From Balanoglossus misakiensis (taxonomy: Eukaryota; Animalia; Hemichordata): a DNA stretch of 64,000 nucleotides. The notes under the pieces were generated by a model, which was not told the DNA's origin, did no database searches, and was given only the letters and a program-made list of their open reading frames with translations. This document shows positions 55,259 through 64,000 of this stretch, in pieces. Position 1 is the first letter of the stretch, and each line of letters begins with the position of its first letter. The DNA is taken from contig CM082587.2 of the NCBI GenBank assembly GCA_040954595.2, forward strand, positions 2,633,000 to 2,696,999, written 5' to 3'. The position numbers and the translations under genes were made by a program.

Positions 55259-58200
55259 CACGATAAACTATTTCTTGGAACAGCGTCAGACGGTACACAG
55301 CAGATGAACTGGGGTCAACGCATGCATTTGGTGTTTCCGGTTTCCCATGTGAGGGATACCCCTGCCTCGTTTTCAAAAACACCTTTCTTGCTTAAACCGA
55401 GAGAGGGCGCATACAAACCTGACAAATTGTCAGGCCTTACTATCAGTGGAAAATAATAGCATTGTTACATGAAAAATAACATAAACATAATTCAGTTTGT
55501 ACATGTATGTATATAGACGTGTTGCTAATATGTCGAGCATTCCCCAACAAGTATTATCTACTATTAAAATATTTTAACAGTGCCGAGAACTACTACAATG
55601 TAACACACCTATTCGGTCCTTCACACTGGCAAACACACACATGCAAGGACGCATTTGTACTTTTTGACACAACTTATCTTTAGTGTAATACTGTCTACCT
55701 CTACCACCTACCTAAGCAACGCACAGAAGGCACTTTCATTTGTATGTAAATAACTTTATTTCCAAAAACTGCTGTAACTTTTCAGTGCATGTGCACACAC
55801 AGTATAGGGAACTTGGGAGAAAAAAACAGGAACATTAGCCACAGAAAGAATTGGTTCTTTGAATTGTGACAATGACATCAACCAATGAACTTCAAGATAA
55901 TAATAAATAGAGCACTGGCTCCAACTGTCCTGGAGAATATTCAAACCACGTGCTGATTGGCAGAGATACAGCAAACTTGCCAAATCCAGTTTATTCAGCC
56001 AATGAGGATGTGTCTTGCATCACAGTAAAGCTAGGGTGTACAACACACTGTAAATGGTTCACAAGAGAGTTGTTGGATCCAAACATTTTTGACCTGGTGG
56101 TGCACATTACATTTAAAAGTCAGTGTCGTATTCCTGACAGCAAAACCGTCAGCAATTATGGGTACTTTGAAATGCGATCAAAATACGCATTAGAATTGAA
56201 GAAGAAAACTAGAAAAATATTGTATGACGTTCACAGTTCAATAGTACATGATATGTTCAATGAAGTGCCTGGCAAGACAGTGATCTTGAATCAACGCTGA
56301 CTGTGTCAATATACAGAGTTCAGCTCTCTCCACAGAATGCTTGGAAACACTGACCCTATGGATGGATGGTTTTATAATGGAAACAGTTTGAGCTGAACAG
56401 AGCAGGAATGTACTGACCAATTATTCATCAGTCGATGTAGTTAATGAGAAACAGTGATTGTATAAATTTTGCCTGTCTCAGTTGATAAGAAACAGTAATT
56501 GTATATAAAATTCTCGCAAGTCTAACAAAGATTCGGATTCGTTCTGTGCAGACCAAACCGTTTTCATTGTAACTGAATGAGCACAAACATACACTGATAT
56601 TTGTACTGCCAACTTGAACAGGGAAATGCAAAGAACTATTTTTATAAACACTTCACAAATTAAAACTAATGCATATTCTTGGAAAATGTAAGAAACATCA
56701 TCACATCATAATTAACATCTTGAATTGGGAATTCACTTATGTTGAACAGCACACTATGCATGTTTGAACAATATATTCGCTTGATATTTCTCTTTATAAA
56801 TATAATGTCTAACTGAAAAGACTTGTCTGTTGACAAAATTATTCACAAAGGAACTGTTGAAAAAGTCAAAACTAAAAGAATGAAGCAGCCATTTTGAATA
56901 ATGCATTATGGGTAATTTCAAATAGGTATCCTCTCTGTAGTACCTTGAAGATGCTGAACAATGTAATATGGAATAAATCAGACCACTTCAAAATATTGGG
57001 GGGGGGGGGGGTTAATTGTGCAGGTTTCACAAATAGATATCTACTTTGGCCAGCCACTAGTAGCACCATTGGATAAAAGTTGTTGTAGGTATCTAGAAGG
57101 CTATCTATACTTAAAACTGAGTAGATCGGTTGTGTGTTTTCATATAAAAATAGCAATTTTTGCATTTTTTATGATGATCATTAAAACATCAATATGTACA
57201 ATACTGTCATTTACATATTTACTAATTAATGTACAAGTAAAAATGAAATCACAAACGATGCAGCACATGACTTGTACATGCTCAGTACTACAAGTCTAAA
57301 TCATGACTACTGAAACAAAGTCGGTATTACTAGATCACGCAAGAAAAATCTCAATCAAGAGTTCATGACATTGTAAATGAAAGGGTGCCCTCTATAGTCT
57401 CACTGACAACATGACGGCACCCCTTGTAGGCAAATCATTACAAGCACGTCCACACATTTAAATTGTTACGTGAGTTGTTTGCGATCGATGAGAAAGTGTA
57501 AATTACCTTCTTAGAATGTCTCTTTTTACCTGAAAAAATGAATTCTTACAAACATTTTCTTTGTGAAAACCACAGGAATGAGCATGTTTCCAGAGATTTG
57601 ATTTTGATTTGATTTGAAATAATATAATGTTCACAGAAACTGTTTTCCTTTCTTTTCTTTTCTTTTGTACAAAAAATATTCACAAATATATAGTTTGCAA
57701 TCCTTTGTCAAGGCTAGTGGTAATATCAAAGAATAACACCTGTTGTGTTCCCATGGTTACGTGACATCTTCTTCAAGTGCGTATACTTTGCCCTGAAAAA
57801 TAAATTTAAACTATCTTTGGTGGTTGTATCAAGTTTCATCAACGAAATACCCTAGACACAATGCGTACATGATGAAAAAGTGCATATCTACACTTTCCAC
57901 GTATTTTTTCCTTTCATGAACTTGCACTGGGAAGAGCAGAGAGCAAATCAGAAAATGTACTCCAAATGTGAAAATGTGTCACATACCCTTTCGATCTTCT
58001 CATCCAACATCTGGAAAAACTCTGTCTGGCTTTGTGAAATATTTCTGCAACAAAACAGTAAACATGACTCTAGACGACCACAAATCATATATAGTTTAAT
58101 GGAGAACTTCACCAATACCTATTTTCACATGGCCCACACTCATCTGTTAAATTGAGTTTCTCATTTGCCAGATCGAGGCAGTTCTGTACATGTACGGTAG

Positions 58201-59540
58201 AATTCCCATACGGCCAAGGGGAAGCAGGGTAGTCTCAAGATTAACTGCTATGTGTTTTTCTTTGTTAATGTCATATATGTTTTTTTCTTACTTTCAAGGT
58301 TACAATAACCCACAAACCAGATATCTAATACACTTGCACATCACTTTGCATACTGAGACCCGCTGACAATGACATCAAACTCTTAAAACTTGAACAAACA
58401 ACAGTTCAGAAGTCACTGATTTATTTTGATGGTGTGTGTTTTAAAAAAACAACAACAGGTAATTTGCAGAGCCCAGTTTTGCCCGCGAGGCCTACCAAAC
58501 ACAACAACAGGGGTTATAAAAGACGTGGTTATATGTATATGTACTCACAATGTTGGAACTCCTACACTTTGCTTATATATGTCGTGCATTTTGCGAATAA
58601 TATCAACAGTGCAAGTTGCCTTTGTGTCACCAAATTCCTACTTTACTTTTATTCCGAATATATGCAAGCATTAAAAAAAACATTTGGCACACATTTGTTT
58701 ACTCTTCCTCCGCACTATTATAAAAAAGGCTCAAAAATGATGTCGGCTCATGCAAAATATTATCCATGCAATAGTTGATGAATTTTCAAGTGACATGCAA
58801 CACTTGGATAAAAGCCGCCGCAAAATAACATTTTCAATACTGAGTACTCTTAAAATATGCATCACATTATGTACAGACAGTCGTTAAAAAATATGCGCAT
58901 AATTCCCATATACCTGTTGTTTCCTGCTTTTAGATTTCTGCAGCAATAAGTGTATTTGGACACAAACAGAGGTAGAATCTTGATTATGTTGAGGCACGTT
59001 TCAGAAATCAGTTGAGTGAGGATTTGTTGTCCTCAAGGAGACTTTAAATTGACATACAGCATGCTGATTGGGTGTTTTTAATTAACTTTTGACCTGGTGC
59101 TGTTATTAACCTTTGACCGATGCATATTTGACCTTTAACCTCTAGATACAGAAAAAAAATCAACCATGCAGATGATGTAGACCACAAACTGTCAATGTTA
59201 AGAATGTGTAACAGAAAAAAAGCCAACCAGGGATTGCTATTTTAATGATATTGTCATTTTTCACTTCTTTTGACTTTTTTGCATTCATGTTAATTCTGGA
59301 CAAAGCTACCTGCAGAATAGAAATTTTAAAACATAATTTGAGGGTTGGCGGGTATCACAACAAAGATCACATTGTTAATCAGTGATAAGGAAAGACAAGG
59401 AACAACGTCAACAGGTTTGGTTTTAATTAAAATACCGAACATGTATATCTATCAAGCACTATCTATTTTGTCAATCTTTAAGAATACATAAAAAACAAAG
59501 TTCTGCTATACAGAAAATGACAACAAAACTTGTAAACCTC

Positions 59541-59650
59541 TCTAAACTGAACACCAGGGGGGGTAGAAAATAATGTCAATATTTTTTATAAACATTGCGA
59601 AAAGTTAGAGCTCATGAAGCTTTCATTTTCACCCTGGTGTTCAAGTTAGA
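59541..59650. repeat. Short inverted-repeat element (about 110 bp), MITE-like
   Basis: tctaaactgaacaccaggg (59541-59559) versus ccctggtgttcaagttaga (59632-59650): 17/19 complementary. Confidence 0.6.
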
Positions 59651-60062
59651 CAGAATTCACTGTGAATACGACAGATAAAACCACCACATAGAAGACAGTT
59701 TTAAGAGCAACAATTGTATCTATGTACATCAGACTACATCAGAAAAAAATGGCAACACCCCAGAAACTTTCACCTGGCAAGTTTCATTTGTTATGAATAA
59801 CGCCCTCACATGCTGTCGCACTGAAGCACTGACTGCAAACTTGCTCCAGGACAAAACAGAACGCCCTCATGTGTATTCTTTTTTATATTTTCAATTGCGA
59901 AAAAGATCCTATTCGCATGTCATAAACAGATAATCTGGTTGGGTTTTGGGAGACTTCTTCACTGCAATACGCATGTCCTTGCAGACAGCAGGTACTGAGT
60001 TGGTGCCATTTTTTCCCTCAGTTACAAATTCCTAAACACGGACTTTGACTGATGATACTTAC

Positions 60063-60107
60063 GGAGATGTGGCCAGCACGCCTGATGTGGGAGGATGTGT
60101 TCGCATT
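60063..60107 (-). CDS. Candidate 45-nt exon of an unidentified minus-strand gene
   Basis: ataaacag acceptor, gtaagt donor; NANTSSHIRRAGHIS is in phase with the 60294-60451 exon. Confidence 0.35.
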
Positions 60108-60293
60108 CTGTTTATAGAATTGAGTTTCTCCTGTGGGGAAATGGTGAATACGTAAAGCATGTTGTACAGACGAAGTGTGTTTGAAAGTTTCTTTGACATT
60201 ACCATAGCAACAGATAGGGATCAAACGTCAGTTGTGGAAAGGATTAAAGTTCAGTGAAATTACACTACGGTGGAAAAGGAAACCAACACTCAC

Positions 60294-60451
60294 TGTATCG
60301 CTGTCTTGTTTGAATCTGTTGTTAGCGGACTCTTTGTTATTGCTGTCACCATTGAGTTCATTCTGTGATAATTTCTGACTCGTTTCGTCGTCCGTTGACA
60401 AATTATCACTGTCATGGTGTTTCCCACCAGTCGGTTTTTCCACCTCTTGAA
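60294..60451 (-). CDS. Candidate exon of an unidentified minus-strand gene (polar, low-complexity peptide)
   Basis: Strong acceptor (tttttatttctttcacag) and gtgagt donor enclosing an open frame QEVEKPTGGKHHDSDNLSTDDETSQKLSQNELNGDSNNKESANNRFKQDSDT; no family recognised. Confidence 0.5.
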
Positions 60452-63400
60452 CTGTGAAAGAAATAAAAATTCTGTTGAAGTTCACTTGAGTATTGAATAT
60501 TAACATTATCCTTCTACTTACATCTTTCACACAAACAGACAGGCAATATTGATTCCATAAAAGTGCCTTCCACTTTAATATCAGCATTTGATTACAATCT
60601 AATTTATTCTAAATCACAAATCTCCCGTAAGTAACAAAATGCAAATCCATTATATTGTTATGGAACACCGGATATGACTGTAATTAAAGCGGGTAGCGAT
60701 CTTGATACGACTATGAAATGTTGAAGATAAAACTGAAAGCAATTTATTCCGCATTTTAGTAAAAGAGTGGCAGTTGCATTAAACAATAAATGTTTTCATT
60801 TCCACTATCAATGCACTAGCTACAACAGTAAGCAGCAGATAAAACTGCCCATTCTTTGATAAACCAGCTTCCTCCATAATCATCATCCTCCACTCCCTAC
60901 ACTGACTTTCTCGTTCTGCAGTGGCAGTGTACAACCTCTCTATGCTGTCAGACAAACTGCTGTACATTCGAACCAGCAGAGCAATGTCTGAATCTCTTCA
61001 TTTCCATGGTTACCATCTGGAATGCCACAAAAGAGATTCTACTCTCAACGATGGCTATCTCTTGACATTTTGACATATGATCACCTGAGAAGCCATCACT
61101 CTGAGAAGAATACGTTTGTGATTGTGCAATCACAGGAAAATTCCGCTGGGATTTTTCGATGCATTTTCGATGCATTTACGCAGTTTACGATTGATGCTAT
61201 CTCCACACCTGACCGATGGAGTCATTTAGATGTTTGCCTTCACTTTCCAAGACACTGATCACTGAGAACAAGACACTGTAGTTCATGGACATGGAAACAA
61301 AACTTTTTGCAAAATATCACAAAAGTATGTGTTGATCAATACTGCTCTTCAAAATGACTGTTTCATCAATGGCAAACAAAGTTGTAATCTTGTATGTTAT
61401 TTTTCAACACAACCTTTACATTAAATTTTCTACAGTTGACGACTGCTATAAGTAAAGACGGCCATGCTATAACATTCAGCACATGTATGTCCCTGTGGTT
61501 TCAAGTCAGCACTGATGAAAAGAAGCAACCCGTCTGTTTGTACCGCTCAATCAGTTCTTCAGAAAGAGTGCCTTTCTTTAGGCATTTTGATTTTCTGTCA
61601 CGTTCCCAGCGGCTGTGTTCCAACTGTTTTGTTGCCTGATGGCGAGGCGGTGTCTGGCCTTTGTAATTCCCCGACAAATCTTGTTTTTCACACAGTGACC
61701 TTTTCAGCTTCAGTATTTTGGGAAAAAGTGACGACATCTCAAACTCTATTTTGAATTCCACTGAACATCCGATGTTGACAAACAATATTTTGAAACCGAT
61801 ATTAAACAAATCTTGCCATTTTGAATATATTGCACACATACAAGCTTCAGATTTGATTCAATCGTCAAGGTGCAATGTAACTACACATATGCATGTATAC
61901 TGAACTACATACAGAAAGGTCAAAAAGAGCGAGTTTGTCCTTTTAAAATCGTCATAATACTCCAGAGTCAACCACCCGAGCCACGGAGTCTGTTTTTATA
62001 ATGATGTAATCCCGATAATCCTTGTAGGAGGATTACTCTGACAGGGCCACCTGGCTGTCTGTTGACCTTTGGTCAACACAGGGAGAAAAAGTGTGATTCA
62101 CATTTCCTCAAATCCATCTAGGACCAGTCCATGGCTGAAAATTTTCTCTAGGGGATTTGATTTTCTGTGTCCACACTAACACGTTCTAGTCAGTGTCTGG
62201 ATCCTGGTGCAAGTAACACTTAGGTCTTTTTCTATGACTTGAGAAAACAAGTTCAGTGTGATTATCGAGTGTCGAAGTGATTTTCAATGCTGCAAGATGT
62301 GGAACCGACTTTGGTGTTAATTTCCTGAAAATTGAGCTCTATAAAACGTCGCTGTTACTGCCGACAGTTGAATGTTGAAATTACCTGCTGTTTGTGCTTG
62401 GCGGTCTTTGTCCGATAGGTGCGGGTCTGACACTGACTTGCTAGGTGAACATCCCATCATGCATCCTACCAGACCATCTAGGAATGAGGTAACAAGCCGC
62501 TACACGATGCCCTTCTTTGTTGTCCGCGTCACTGCAATAAACAACAGAGGTCATGGAAATGAGAAAAACCTGCAGATGTGAATGGAAGCACACCAAAACT
62601 GGAATAAAACTGTTACAAAAATTTTGCCAATGATTGACGCAAAGCCAATAACTATCCTTCAGACGCTCAGTAAGTTGGTAGCACGCACCAGTCAAACAAC
62701 ATCAGTCATGTTGGCACTCATTTGCATGGATATTGTACAGTGTGTACAGAAATGTATTGTACGATACCCGTAGACCTCCACAGGGTACAGAATGTCGGTA
62801 GATGTATTAATAATTTGATAGTATGTGTATCACAATGGAGAATGGGTCTCAGTTGTCTCAGAACAGAGATATTTATTTTCTATATTGGGATCTGAAGAAA
62901 GCGACGGACAGAAGACTTGATTGTCTGACATTCAATTACCCAGCTCAGCGATCCACTGCCCAGGGGAAGTGCACACTCTGCCCCTTTTTAGTGAACTGAA
63001 TGTAATTTGCTCTGGGTGAGGCAACGCTCTTCACTGCAAAACTATTGATCGTTCGGAGCATATACGAAAACATTATTTACAGGCTAGAATTTCATAGAAG
63101 TCTCTGTGAGCCGCTTGAGTTTGCCTCAACCTCGCCGCTGGAAAAAAAACCTTCAAAAGAATTACACTCGCGAGATGAAACCGCACCACAAAATTACAAA
63201 TCTATTGACGCTGTTCTGTGCACGCAGGCCAATTCGAACTCCCTGCCGATTTTTTTCCTCCTAAATGTGAAATTACTTCAAGATATTCATTTACTGTGAT
63301 CCTGCCTACACCGTGAAAACTGATGCCTCTCTCGCCGTAGCCAGGGAAACGAGAGAACACGCAAATCTAACGCATCACTTTTGCCCTAGTCACTTTGTAA

Positions 63401-64000
63401 GTTCAGGGAATCACGTTTCATCATTACACAGTGTGGGCTTGCCTGATATAGTAACTTCTCTTTATACAGAGAAAATGGCTTAATCTTTTCCACACTCACA
63501 TGTGGCTCATTTTTATAATTCCATTCATCTTGAAACAAACTTTTTCCAGAGCAAATATCTGAATTAACATTGGCAGCAACCAAGTCATGTCATTTGATTC
63601 ATATTGCAAAACAATGCATGCACGAATGAATATATAACAGCGAACCCGAGGTCCTCAGACTTCATTTGTGGGACTAACGAGAGCCCAGCTAGATTCCAGA
63701 CCGACAGGCGTAACGCTTGATTGTACAACATCCTTGCACTGACTGAAAAAGTAGGCCTGAGCATTGACCTCCTACATAATGTTTCCTAACATGACAGGAA
63801 AGTATAAGATATTGGAACCCCACACTGGGCTTCTATCCATTGAGAGGATACTCCGCAGAGTTGAAACTACTGCGTTGACAAGAGAATGGATGAGATTCGT
63901 ACTAGTACGTTAATCAGAGACAAGCTCTGCAGTAGGTATCTCATCTATCAGATTCTAATGCAGAACTGCTTTCCTGTTTTGTGATCCTGCTCGGCACGCT

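Overview
Eukaryotic (metazoan) genomic DNA with GT-AG introns; probably an invertebrate deuterostome, but that is only an impression from gene structure and composition. Nearly all entries in the six-frame ORF track are spurious, so real genes were assembled by hand from splice sites and reading-frame phase. The window holds: (1) the last exon of a BarH/BARHL-like homeobox gene at 230-497 (+), with its earlier exons presumably left of the window; (2) a complete three-coding-exon BarH/BARHL gene at 22795-28961 (+, 343 aa, eh1/FIL motif, Tyr49 homeodomain); (3) a complete 15-exon DEAD-box helicase DDX31/Dbp7 gene at 55258-43710 (-, 723 aa), convergent with BarH and with one outsized 6.6-kb last intron facing BarH; (4) tentative exons of an unidentified minus-strand gene at about 57.5-64 kb; plus an 81-bp palindromic MITE with a 9-bp target-site duplication, microsatellites and small repeats. 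The most interesting signals are the BarH-DDX31 tail-to-tail linkage, matching human BARHL1-DDX31 and suggesting an ancient regulatory block; a tandem BarH duplication whose last exons are a mosaic of divergent and near-identical halves; and a noncoding element present once downstream of each BarH copy. No rRNA, tRNA, CRISPR or prokaryotic-type system is supported.
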